Notes under the pieces: generated by a model
Seen by the model: the letters and a program-made list of their open reading frames with translations, nothing else
What the model was told of the DNA's origin: nothing
Databases searched by the model: none
Part shown: one piece after another, positions 8,804-17,720 of the stretch
Position numbering within the stretch: position 1 is the stretch's first letter
Layout of the letters: every line of letters begins with the position of its first letter
Program-made: the position numbers and the translations under genes
DNA from: a virus
DNA: 64,000 nt
Virus record (IMG/VR): IMGVR_UViG_3300024324_000416
Location: 1-64,000 of that record
Direction: 5' to 3' (one strand)

Positions 8804-9838
8804 ATGGCAACAGTAAGTGGTGGATCTAAGCCTACTTTTACCGTAGATCAGGTTCTACATGCGGCAGAGATGAATCAACTAAACCAAGAATGGATTGTTG
8901 ACTCTGTTCCAGCAGGAAGTGCTGGTAAGAATGGTGACGTTGTTTTTGTAACTAACCAAGGTGGCGTGTGGGCAAAGGTTTCTGGATCATGGGTACAAGC
9001 ATCACTAACAAGTGCCGATATGCAATCCCTACAGGATCAAGTTGATGCTATTCAATCTAATGGATACGACGATTCAGAACTACGAGGACTTATCTCTGAT
9101 GAGGAAACCGAAAGGGTAGCAGGAGATCAAAATCTACAAAATCAGATTGATACTATTCAGTCTGGTGGATATGATGATACACAACTACGTTCTGACTTTG
9201 CAGCAGCAGATGCAGCAACTCTAACTAATGCTAATGATTACACAGATCAAGAAATTGCAGGAATTACTGTTCCTGATGTTTCTGACCTTGCTACAAAGAC
9301 TGAGGTTTCAGATGGTGATACAGCAACTCTAACTGCTGCCAATGCTTACACAGACGGCAAGGTTTATGACGCTACTTCTTTAGAGGCCGACGTTGCTCAA
9401 AACACAAGCGACATTTCTACTCTACAGACAGAGCAGGGCACACAAGATATTGCTATTCAAGCCAACACAGATGCCCTTGCTGATAAGTCAGACACAGATC
9501 ACATTCACGCCGCTGTCCCAGCACACCAACACCCACACGATCACAATACAGACTATGCTGCCATTATTCACACTCACACAGAAGTACCAGGACACAATCA
9601 CTCTAACTACGCCACAAAGACAGAACTATCAGATGGTTTAGCAGAAAAAGCAGACGATGACCACGTTCACATCCAAACGGGTAGTGGATTAACATTTGAT
9701 CCTGACCGTGAAGGCCAAGTAGTTCAATCTACAAACGGTATTGATTGGACAGCAGGAATGAGTCTAAGGGTAGTAACTTCCGTCCCAGATGAGACTGAGG
9801 GCGAAATTGGTGACGTTGTTTTCGTAGTGGGTGCGTGA
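8804..9838 (+). CDS. Fibre shaft protein (coiled coil plus HxH repeats)
   Basis: FTVDQVLHAAEMN N-terminus; GYDD and TLTxANxYTD repeats; HxH cluster; GDVVFV twice. Confidence 0.6.
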   Translation: MATVSGGSKPTFTVDQVLHAAEMNQLNQEWIVDSVPAGSAGKNGDVVFVTNQGGVWAKVSGSWVQASLTSADMQSLQDQVDAIQSNGYDDSELRGLISDEETERVAGDQNLQNQIDTIQSGGYDDTQLRSDFAAADAATLTNANDYTDQEIAGITVPDVSDLATKTEVSDGDTATLTAANAYTDGKVYDATSLEADVAQNTSDISTLQTEQGTQDIAIQANTDALADKSDTDHIHAAVPAHQHPHDHNTDYAAIIHTHTEVPGHNHSNYATKTELSDGLAEKADDDHVHIQTGSGLTFDPDREGQVVQSTNGIDWTAGMSLRVVTSVPDETEGEIGDVVFVVGA

Positions 9839-10695
9839 TGGCTGATCCTGGCGTGTGGGTCAAGGTTCAGCAGGGCGTTGCCACCGACGGTGGCGGTATT
9901 TACGCTAAGACTGCTGATGGTTGGACTGAGATCCCCGCAAGCAGCGTGACAAACGACCCGACCGCACCGATTGGCCCTAGCGTGTTTGATGAGGGTGCTG
10001 GAACGGGCGGCACTTACTTTGACAAGACCATAGGCGACACGACGTACAGGACTGTTGAGTTCTTGGACGACGGGACGTTTGTGTTGAGTCAGCCTGGTTT
10101 TGTTAGTTGGTGGTTGGGCAGCGCAGGCAAGAACGGCCTTGCCTCAGGGCAAAGCGCAATCATTGGCATAGGTGGCGGTCATGGTGCTGTCTGGGAGATG
10201 CACGACTGGTACTTGCCTGCTGGAACGTACACGGTCACGATTGGGCAGCCTGGGCGAAACTCTGGTAGCGCAGGCGCGTCAACAGTCGTTGAACCCGACA
10301 CGATCATTGGTGGCCTCATTAACGGGTTTGTTTGCAAAGGCGGTAACTCGTCAGACACCAACTACCCATTTGACTTGGGCGACAACAGAGGTGGGGTGCG
10401 GTTAGACAGCAACTACCAGCCAGAGTATTCATCTGGCACACCTGGGTCTGGTTACAACGGCGGTGGTGCTGGGCTGGGTGCTGATAACGCGAACAATCGT
10501 TACGGTGGTGATGCGAAACTGATTACGGGCTGGGCGCAAGCAGACTTTGATTACGGGCGGGGCGGCAACTCTGACTACGGGTATCACACGGTTGTCGCTA
10601 ACAGCGGTGACGGTGGCGGCGGTAATGAGAACTCATCTTTCCAAAAAGGCGGCTCTGGTCGTGCCTACATTCGGGTCAGGATTGTGGAGGACTGA
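9838..10695 (+). CDS. Glycine-rich adhesin/fibre-tip-like protein
   Basis: GVWVKV...YAKTADGW N-terminus; Gly-rich domain with GTYTVTIG and GGSGRAYIR. Confidence 0.6.
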   Translation: MADPGVWVKVQQGVATDGGGIYAKTADGWTEIPASSVTNDPTAPIGPSVFDEGAGTGGTYFDKTIGDTTYRTVEFLDDGTFVLSQPGFVSWWLGSAGKNGLASGQSAIIGIGGGHGAVWEMHDWYLPAGTYTVTIGQPGRNSGSAGASTVVEPDTIIGGLINGFVCKGGNSSDTNYPFDLGDNRGGVRLDSNYQPEYSSGTPGSGYNGGGAGLGADNANNRYGGDAKLITGWAQADFDYGRGGNSDYGYHTVVANSGDGGGGNENSSFQKGGSGRAYIRVRIVED

Positions 10696-11975
10696 TGAAA
10701 TCCACGAACCCTGACGGTGGTGTCTGGGTAAAAGTACACCCCGACAATACGGGTGGTGAACTGCCTGGTGTTGTGAGTATGTATGCAAAAACAGCAGATG
10801 GATGGGTTGAGGTTGGTTCAAGTAATGTTGCAGCAGAAGGTGCACCACCCGCACCTGTTATTACAAATCCCGAAGGTGGAAGTATTATTAAGTTTACCTC
10901 TGGTGGAAATGGTGCTGCTGGTGTTACCCTTGCTTATGGAGCAACCATTGAACCTCAAGGTGCAACTGTTGAGGTAGATCAAGACAATCTTGAAGTAATA
11001 GTTTCAGGCTCAATTCCTGATACTGACTACGTTGTTACTGTTTATGGTGTAAACGTTGCTGGTAAGGGTGAAGATGCAAAGACAAATCCTTTCCAACTGA
11101 ACTACAACGTTGCCACGGGAGGCAGCGAAAACATCGTGAATAACTACAACGGCACAAGCGAGAAGTGGAAGGTGCATACGTTCACAGGTAACGACACTTT
11201 CACGGTCGAAAGCAGCGTCAACAACTACCGCTACGTTGTTGTCGCTGGCGGTGGCGGAGCAGGCGGCGGCTCAGGCAATAACGCTCAAGGCTGGACCGCT
11301 GGAGGCGGTGGCTCTGGCGGAGTCTTGAACAGAAACGATCTTGTTCTGCCGCTAGGTGACATTCCTATCACTGTTGGCGGTGGCGGTGGAGGCGCAGGAC
11401 ACTCTGATTCTGGGTCGTCACCAAGAGGCGGTCAGGGCGGTGTATCGAAGATTGACACCTACGTTGTCACAACAGGTGGCGGCGGCGGTAATCATTCTGG
11501 CGGCTCTGGCGGCTCTGGCGGCGGTGGAGGTTTCGCAGGCGGTAATGGTGGCGGCGGAGGCGGCACGCTGGGTCAGGGCACAAACGGCACAGGTGGAAAC
11601 GGGCAAAGCCAACCAGCAGGGACAGGTGGCGGTGCAGGCGACGGCACATCAACAGCCCACACCACCGCAGGGCGCATAGACAACATCACGGGAACCGATG
11701 TGACCTACGCAAATACTTACGGAGCCATCGGTGGTGGCGGACCTGGCAACACACGCTACCAACTGACGGGAGCAAGCGGGAATAGCGGCATTGTTGTTAT
11801 CGCTTACCAGATTGGTATGAGCACCACAAGAGAAATCGAACAAGCACAGGCAGAACAAGCAGCCCGTGCCGCTGGTGTAGAAGAAGGCATCGAACAAGGA
11901 AAGCAAGAAGGATACGCACAAGCACAAGAAGAAGCAAAAGTGTGGTATAATGAACTTAACTTTAAAAAGGAGTGA
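10695..11975 (+). CDS. Glycine-rich adhesin/fibre-tip-like protein with FN3-like domain
   Basis: Same N-terminal peptide; PDTDYVVTVYGVNVAGKG (FN3-like); VHTFTG, VVAGGGG, GNSGIVVIAY. Confidence 0.6.
   Translation: MKSTNPDGGVWVKVHPDNTGGELPGVVSMYAKTADGWVEVGSSNVAAEGAPPAPVITNPEGGSIIKFTSGGNGAAGVTLAYGATIEPQGATVEVDQDNLEVIVSGSIPDTDYVVTVYGVNVAGKGEDAKTNPFQLNYNVATGGSENIVNNYNGTSEKWKVHTFTGNDTFTVESSVNNYRYVVVAGGGGAGGGSGNNAQGWTAGGGGSGGVLNRNDLVLPLGDIPITVGGGGGGAGHSDSGSSPRGGQGGVSKIDTYVVTTGGGGGNHSGGSGGSGGGGGFAGGNGGGGGGTLGQGTNGTGGNGQSQPAGTGGGAGDGTSTAHTTAGRIDNITGTDVTYANTYGAIGGGGPGNTRYQLTGASGNSGIVVIAYQIGMSTTREIEQAQAEQAARAAGVEEGIEQGKQEGYAQAQEEAKVWYNELNFKKE
11941..11951 (+). promoter_or_regulatory. Extended -10 promoter inside 3' end of upstream gene
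   Basis: TGTGGTATAAT; RBS AAGGAG before ATG 11981. Confidence 0.8.
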
Positions 11976-11980
11976 TTGCA

Positions 11981-12112
11981 ATGGGTTGGGTAAGTCAAAC
12001 ATCTTACATTTATGGATGGGCCAACGGCGGTAAGCCAGGTCCAGGCACAACAGTAGCATCTGCGCCTATTTCTGCTCCTTCTGTAGAAAACGACACTACT
12101 GACGAAGACTAA
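11981..12112 (+). CDS. MGWVSQTSYIY microprotein 2 (43 aa), not in ORF track
   Basis: MGWVSQTSYIYGWANGGKPGPGTTVASAPISAPSVENDTTDED*. Confidence 0.8.
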   Translation: MGWVSQTSYIYGWANGGKPGPGTTVASAPISAPSVENDTTDED

Positions 12113-12118
12113 ACTTCC

Positions 12119-12129
12119 TGTGGTATAAT
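12119..12129 (+). promoter_or_regulatory. Extended -10 promoter, leaderless start
   Basis: TGTGGTATAAT + 6 nt + ATG 12136, no RBS. Confidence 0.8.
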
Positions 12130-12135
12130 AGCCAT

Positions 12136-14058
12136 ATGTCTAATTCATCTGGTCTTTGGTTCTATAATTTAGCACAGTCAAATACGGCATACACTAGAGC
12201 ACTAAACTCATCTATTCTTCTTGCAGATGCAACAAAGCCAAGTCAAACATTTTCATCCTTGCGTAATGTTGGAAGCGGCGGGGAAGAGTACGATCTATTC
12301 TTTGATAGTGTTGATGTAAATATGACATTTAATACAGATAATGTATATTTCTCAGGTAAGGAATATGCTAAGTTCTCCTTGTTAAAAACAAAATTTGAAG
12401 ACACAAACTCCATTGACTTTGTTATTAATGTTGATTTAGATCCAGATCAGGTAGGATTGCAAACTCTTGTTTCTAGGGATGAGTCTTTTACTATCTTTTT
12501 AGATGATGGTATTCCTGTTTTTGAATCTACCTCTACCCGCTGGCTTATCACAGATACAGAGAATGATAGGATTAGAGAGCGTAAGGCTGTTTTCGTATAT
12601 AATGCTACAGAGGCTTTTACAGGATCTTGGTTGCGTGTGCGCTCTTCTTGGAGTGAAACAGGAACGGTAGTAGAGTTTTTCCAGAGTGATGATGGTGTTT
12701 CATACAGTCAAATAGGAACCAATATTACATCTAACGCTCTTGATATGTATTTTGGAGGTAGCACAATTACTGTTGCTGCTGATACAGGAGGCTTTAATTC
12801 TACCGCTGGAAAGTTCTACAAGTTTGAAGTAACTATGAACAATCCAGTATTGACTATCAATTTCGCTGATGCAGAGCCAGATAATCCTTGGTTTTATACA
12901 GAAGGAAACCTTGTAGAGTTTGTGCTACAAAGCAAAGAATCTACTGATCCTGTTTATTTAGAAAAGAGAGATGAGCCATATGTATTCTTCCCAAAGGGGT
13001 TTGGCAGAACATTCTCTAATGCCAAAATACCACAATCTTTTTATGAGTCAGACACTTGCGACATTCGTGTAGCATTTATTATTCCAGAGCAAGCAAGCAA
13101 CTGGAACGCAGATTTAATAAGTTTAAACGCTTTTAAGTTGTGTATTGATGATGGTGCTGTTTGTGTCCAGGGAGATGCCTATATGAAGGGAGACCAAACT
13201 TTTGATGACCTAGGGTATAAAAGGGGAGAGCCACTAGGGGCAAGACTTTTCTACAATAAGAAGACAAAGATGTTGAGTCTTTTTGTGGGGAAGCCATCAG
13301 AATCCGCATCAGATTTGGAAAGTTACATTTGGGTGGGTATAGGCAATAAAAAGTTAGAAAGGGCATCACAGGTATATGATACTATCACTCTTGGATCTAG
13401 AAACACAACAAGGGAAAACGACTTAATCATTCTTAATGCTAGTTTGTCTGGTGTAGATATTGATAAAGAAAATGTTGTTAATGAGATCAAGGATTCGTTC
13501 ACTACGGTGGTTGATAGAAGCATGATTCTACTAGACAAGTCATCTAAACTAAAGTCTAAGATATCTGACGCAGACTTTGACAATGGTTTCTCTCTTATGG
13601 TAGATCTCAAGAGCGTAAGCCAACCAACATATTTACCAGAAATTAGCAAAATGGAAAATGGTGTGGGTTGGTCTCTAGGAATAAGTGAAACCATGACTCC
13701 TGTCTTGATTGTTTCAGATGGTAACAAAACGGTAACGGTAAGGGGCAGCAAATTACAAGAAGGAGAAAACGTTTTGTCCGTAGTATTGGACAGAGAAAAC
13801 GAGGTCGCAACCCTTTACAATAATGGATTAAAATACGGTATGGGTTCCTTGGAAGGTGTGGGAAGCATAGCAAACAATAGCAAACTGTTTATTGGGGATA
13901 ATGATTTTGAGTTGTATAACGTTGGAATGTGGGACTACATGCTAACCGATGAAGAGGTTAAGGGCATGAGCCAGCATCTAAGGAGTATGACCAACTACGC
14001 CAATAATGCAGAGTTTGGACTATGGCATGTTGGTATCCCAGACCTAACTGTGGTATAA
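12136..14058 (+). CDS. LamG/concanavalin A-like multi-domain virion protein
   Basis: Beta-rich; C-terminal VVLDR...LYNNG...LFIG...WDYMLTDEEV resembles LamG domains. Confidence 0.55.
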   Translation: MSNSSGLWFYNLAQSNTAYTRALNSSILLADATKPSQTFSSLRNVGSGGEEYDLFFDSVDVNMTFNTDNVYFSGKEYAKFSLLKTKFEDTNSIDFVINVDLDPDQVGLQTLVSRDESFTIFLDDGIPVFESTSTRWLITDTENDRIRERKAVFVYNATEAFTGSWLRVRSSWSETGTVVEFFQSDDGVSYSQIGTNITSNALDMYFGGSTITVAADTGGFNSTAGKFYKFEVTMNNPVLTINFADAEPDNPWFYTEGNLVEFVLQSKESTDPVYLEKRDEPYVFFPKGFGRTFSNAKIPQSFYESDTCDIRVAFIIPEQASNWNADLISLNAFKLCIDDGAVCVQGDAYMKGDQTFDDLGYKRGEPLGARLFYNKKTKMLSLFVGKPSESASDLESYIWVGIGNKKLERASQVYDTITLGSRNTTRENDLIILNASLSGVDIDKENVVNEIKDSFTTVVDRSMILLDKSSKLKSKISDADFDNGFSLMVDLKSVSQPTYLPEISKMENGVGWSLGISETMTPVLIVSDGNKTVTVRGSKLQEGENVLSVVLDRENEVATLYNNGLKYGMGSLEGVGSIANNSKLFIGDNDFELYNVGMWDYMLTDEEVKGMSQHLRSMTNYANNAEFGLWHVGIPDLTVV

Positions 14059-14059
14059 T
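14049..14059 (+). promoter_or_regulatory. Extended -10 promoter containing upstream stop codon; leaderless start
   Basis: TGTGGTATAAT + 6 nt + ATG 14066. Confidence 0.8.
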
Positions 14060-14065
14060 AATACT

Positions 14066-14827
14066 ATGCCTGAAAATTATCCAGACCCAGTTGCAGGTCC
14101 ATTCATCATCCCCTCACTAGGGGACATTGCTGATGCCCCAGAGGGCTTCAAAGAGTTTGCCGACTCTATTCCTATTGGTGGAAATATCCGCATTATTGAT
14201 GCCACATCCACACCATTTACTATCACCCAGGCACATTCGGGTTCCCTACTGTCTTTTAAGGTTGCAGACGCATCCATTAAGTTTGATCCAGCACTTACAG
14301 AAGGTTTCAACTGTGGTTTGATCTCAACTGCTGGTGCTATTTATGTTGATCCCGCAGAAACCTTCCAAGGTGATAGTCAGGTATCTATTTACACTATGGG
14401 CTCTGTCGTAAAGGTAGCAGGAGATGTTATTGTTTCTAGGCCACAGGATCTATCTGAGGTTTCAGCAAACCTAAAGGTAAATAAATATGAAGCGGCAATA
14501 GTCACTATTGACGCTCAAAACGATAAGAATGGTGTTCTAACACTTAATACACAAGATAATGCAACATGGTCGGTTCCTGGGGGGTATGGTATTGGTGACG
14601 TTGTAAATATTTGTAATGCCTCTGATACTGATATGACTGTTGTTGCTGGTGATGGAGAGTCTGTAAAGTTCTGGTATGGAGCAACAACCATTGAGTCTAA
14701 TGGATCACCAGATAGATTCACATTGGCTACAAATTCAACCGCTACCCTTGTTCGCATTCCCAAGACGGGAAGTACGTCTACTGACTTTGCTTTAGGTGCA
14801 ATTGCTAGTGCTGTGAGTTGGTTATAA
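14066..14827 (+). CDS. Putative virion fibre/adaptor protein
   Basis: N-terminus (IPSLGDIADAPEGFKEFADSIP) paralogous to 16928 gene; two related beta domains. Confidence 0.5.
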   Translation: MPENYPDPVAGPFIIPSLGDIADAPEGFKEFADSIPIGGNIRIIDATSTPFTITQAHSGSLLSFKVADASIKFDPALTEGFNCGLISTAGAIYVDPAETFQGDSQVSIYTMGSVVKVAGDVIVSRPQDLSEVSANLKVNKYEAAIVTIDAQNDKNGVLTLNTQDNATWSVPGGYGIGDVVNICNASDTDMTVVAGDGESVKFWYGATTIESNGSPDRFTLATNSTATLVRIPKTGSTSTDFALGAIASAVSWL

Positions 14828-16927
14828 ATGGCTATTCTTGGAATGCATTATACGCAAGATCCAACAGACCCCGAAGCATATAAACACACCGACTGGGTTC
14901 GTATGTGGGATAACGAGGTTTATTGGAATCGCATTCACTATGGCGTAGATAAATACAGTTGGGGAAGACTTGATTACTTAGTAAATGATTTGTATGCTGG
15001 AAAAGAAATTGTGTATTGCATCGGTGGAACACCACAATGGTTAGCACAAAATCCCAGTCAGGGAGACTACAAGCCATGGATGGGTGCTGGGTCAAACTCA
15101 TTACCTTCTGACACTAGCGGCGGTACAGACTCTTACGGAGACTCATTCAGCAAAGGTACTGACGAATGGAACAAGTTCTGTTATGTACTTGCTGATAGAT
15201 ACAAGGGAAGAATAAAGGCTTATGAGTTTTGGAATGAGCCACAGTTGCTTGGCTACATGGCACCCTGGGATTCAACTACCCGTAATCTAATGGCTAAGAT
15301 GATTAAGCGAGGGGCAGGAACCTTAAAATCAGTAGATTCAAATGCCATTACTATTGGGCCAAGCATTTTTGTGGGAACCTCTGGGCGTGTGACACGAGCC
15401 ACAAAGATCGTTGAGGCTTTGGCTGGAACACAGAGTAGTTACGGCCCTTGGGAAAATCTAGATGCCATGGCCTGCCATATCTATCCAGCAGAAGGGGATG
15501 GGAAAACAGAATGGCGGCGGCAGTTAGATGAAAACAGAAGCATTATTTCAAGCAACGGTGGCCCCAGTAAAACATGGATCACAGAAACAAACTACAACCT
15601 TCTTGGCGAAGTCCTTCCAGAAGACGGAACCACATACAACCTAGTTTCTAACACATATGATGAGGCAGGTGGAAAGTTCATCTTCTGGTACGCATACGAT
15701 AGAACAGCAGACCTAGGTGGTTTGGATATCCGTGCCCCACAAGACGGAAATAGTTTTGAAGCGTTCAACGCTATGGTTGAAAAGACAAAGGGAATCACAT
15801 ACCCTCCATTATTGGATGTTACCATTACCTCATCTCACACAACATGGACGGGTAGCAATCCAACGGACTCCGCAACAGTAAGTTTCACCATATCAAATAA
15901 CGGTTTGAATGGTGTTGAGGTATCTCACAGCAAGGGTGGACTTGAGCCTGCTTTTGGATCTGTTCCCATTACCGCTGGGGGCTCCACTACATACGAAGCC
16001 GAAATAACAGAAGATCCACCATCTAGTACATACACAGTAACATTCACCATTACTGATGGAATCAATACAGAGGACTACACCGTATCTGAGGTGCTAGATC
16101 CAAAGCCCTCCCCCCTTCCACAGATTTCTCTTTCCGTAAACGGTATCGAAGGAGACTGGACTGGATCAGAAGCAAATGACTCCAAGACCTTCACCTTCAA
16201 CGTACAGAATACATCTGATAGCAATAGCCTTACTGTCACTCATAGTAGAGGTGGTCTAACTCCATCTTCCTTGTCTTTGAGTGTGGGCTCATCTGCAACC
16301 TTTACAGAAAGCATTACATCTCGTCCAGCAAGCGGTATCTATGAAGTTACTTTTACAGGTACCGCAAGTGATTCAAGAACAAAGCAATATTACGAGTCAT
16401 TCAACGTAACAGAAAAGCCCCCTCCCCCACCACCAGACGAGGGTGACGAAAGTCATCAACTAACTTGTAGTTGGAAGAATGATAGGAATAAGGAAACTCT
16501 GGAAACAGAGCATACCGTTGATGGGCCTGCCAGATACGCAGAAGATAACTGTACTGAATACTTCCAAGAGCAGTACCCAGAAAAATGGGTAGGTGGAGAT
16601 GATTGGTTCTTAACATCATACGAGTGGGACGATGATGGTGCAGAGAATGTTAATCCCCCAGGAGGAAGCGGCAACAAGGCATGGCCTATTGTTGATCTTG
16701 CAGAAGTACTTCTAAAAGATGGAGACAGCATTAACGAAAATCACTATAGGCAATTGGTTGTAATGGAAGATGGTGGAGTCCTAAACATTCCAGAAGAAAT
16801 GGATATAGGGTTCCAGTTCGCTCTGGTGTGCTATAATTATCCTGTTACGTTGGTAACGGGCAAGGTAGATAATACAGAAAGCACCGTACCAACCAACACA
16901 CTAGCAATTGTAAGTAAGGTGATTTAA
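14828..16927 (+). CDS. Clan GH-A glycoside hydrolase plus two Ig-like repeats plus fibre-type domain
   Basis: YEFWNEP, ACHIYP, WITET, FWYAY; repeated WTGS...F...N...HS(K/R)GGL; paralog of 3496-4404. Confidence 0.75.
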   Translation: MAILGMHYTQDPTDPEAYKHTDWVRMWDNEVYWNRIHYGVDKYSWGRLDYLVNDLYAGKEIVYCIGGTPQWLAQNPSQGDYKPWMGAGSNSLPSDTSGGTDSYGDSFSKGTDEWNKFCYVLADRYKGRIKAYEFWNEPQLLGYMAPWDSTTRNLMAKMIKRGAGTLKSVDSNAITIGPSIFVGTSGRVTRATKIVEALAGTQSSYGPWENLDAMACHIYPAEGDGKTEWRRQLDENRSIISSNGGPSKTWITETNYNLLGEVLPEDGTTYNLVSNTYDEAGGKFIFWYAYDRTADLGGLDIRAPQDGNSFEAFNAMVEKTKGITYPPLLDVTITSSHTTWTGSNPTDSATVSFTISNNGLNGVEVSHSKGGLEPAFGSVPITAGGSTTYEAEITEDPPSSTYTVTFTITDGINTEDYTVSEVLDPKPSPLPQISLSVNGIEGDWTGSEANDSKTFTFNVQNTSDSNSLTVTHSRGGLTPSSLSLSVGSSATFTESITSRPASGIYEVTFTGTASDSRTKQYYESFNVTEKPPPPPPDEGDESHQLTCSWKNDRNKETLETEHTVDGPARYAEDNCTEYFQEQYPEKWVGGDDWFLTSYEWDDDGAENVNPPGGSGNKAWPIVDLAEVLLKDGDSINENHYRQLVVMEDGGVLNIPEEMDIGFQFALVCYNYPVTLVTGKVDNTESTVPTNTLAIVSKVI

Positions 16928-17347
16928 ATGTCTGATCCCATCTTAACTGATACATACACCACTACCCCCTTGCCCCCAATGACTGTGGGTTGGGACGCAC
17001 AGGTTCCTTCATATGACGCAAGGGTGGATATGCCTCAGGCATTTCGTCAGTTTGCTGATACTATCCCAGAAGACTTCCCTATTGGAACCATGGAGCAGTC
17101 TGGCTTACCGTTTGTTATTGATGAAACACACTTACAAAAGATTATTATTGCAACAAACCCTACAGTTGAGCAATGGAATATTACTGAGGGGCTAGACGTT
17201 GGTTTTCAAGTATCAGTTGATCCAACTACGGCAAGCATCAACATCGTGATTAATGGCGGTGTAGAGCAGATGTTCCCAGGAAGTCAAATAACTGCCCTGA
17301 GCATCTTAACAAAAATCTCTGAAACAGAATGGATATTGAGTCAATAA
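16928..17347 (+). CDS. Putative virion adaptor protein
   Basis: VPSYDARVDMPQAFRQFADTIP; GLDVGFQ...LTKISETEWIL; RBS AAGGTGA. Confidence 0.5.
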   Translation: MSDPILTDTYTTTPLPPMTVGWDAQVPSYDARVDMPQAFRQFADTIPEDFPIGTMEQSGLPFVIDETHLQKIIIATNPTVEQWNITEGLDVGFQVSVDPTTASINIVINGGVEQMFPGSQITALSILTKISETEWILSQ

Positions 17348-17511
17348 TGTTATCACAAGCATGGTGGCTACTAGGCCCATCAACACTAAACAGGGACGAT
17401 AGGTATTACGGACGAGAGCCAGATGACTTTGTGCCATTCGTTCTTGACTATTCTTCAATTGGTGGCGATGACCAACTGAAAGAGTATTTCGAACTACCAG
17501 AAAGTCCCTAA
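17347..17511 (+). CDS. Hypothetical protein
   Basis: TAATG coupling, fills the gap. Confidence 0.5.
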   Translation: MLSQAWWLLGPSTLNRDDRYYGREPDDFVPFVLDYSSIGGDDQLKEYFELPESP

Positions 17512-17513
17512 TA

Positions 17514-17702
17514 ATGACGAAGCCTTGGAACCTACTAAGAAAAAAGAACTACACCACACAGGATGTAGCCGATGAGCGTCTTGATATATGTAGGATATGT
17601 CCAGAGTTTATCAAATCTACCAAGCAATGTAAGAAATGCGGGTGTTTTATGGTAGCCAAAACAAAACTAACAAAATCCACATGCCCTCTGGGTAAGTGGT
17701 AA
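17514..17702 (+). CDS. Small Cys-rich metal-binding protein
   Basis: RLDICRICP...QCKKCGC...CPLGKW. Confidence 0.7.
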   Translation: MTKPWNLLRKKNYTTQDVADERLDICRICPEFIKSTKQCKKCGCFMVAKTKLTKSTCPLGKW

Positions 17703-17703
17703 G

Positions 17704-17714
17704 TGTGGTATAAT
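17704..17714 (+). promoter_or_regulatory. Extended -10 promoter, leaderless start
   Basis: TGTGGTATAAT + 6 nt + ATG 17721. Confidence 0.8.
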
Positions 17715-17720
17715 ACCAAC

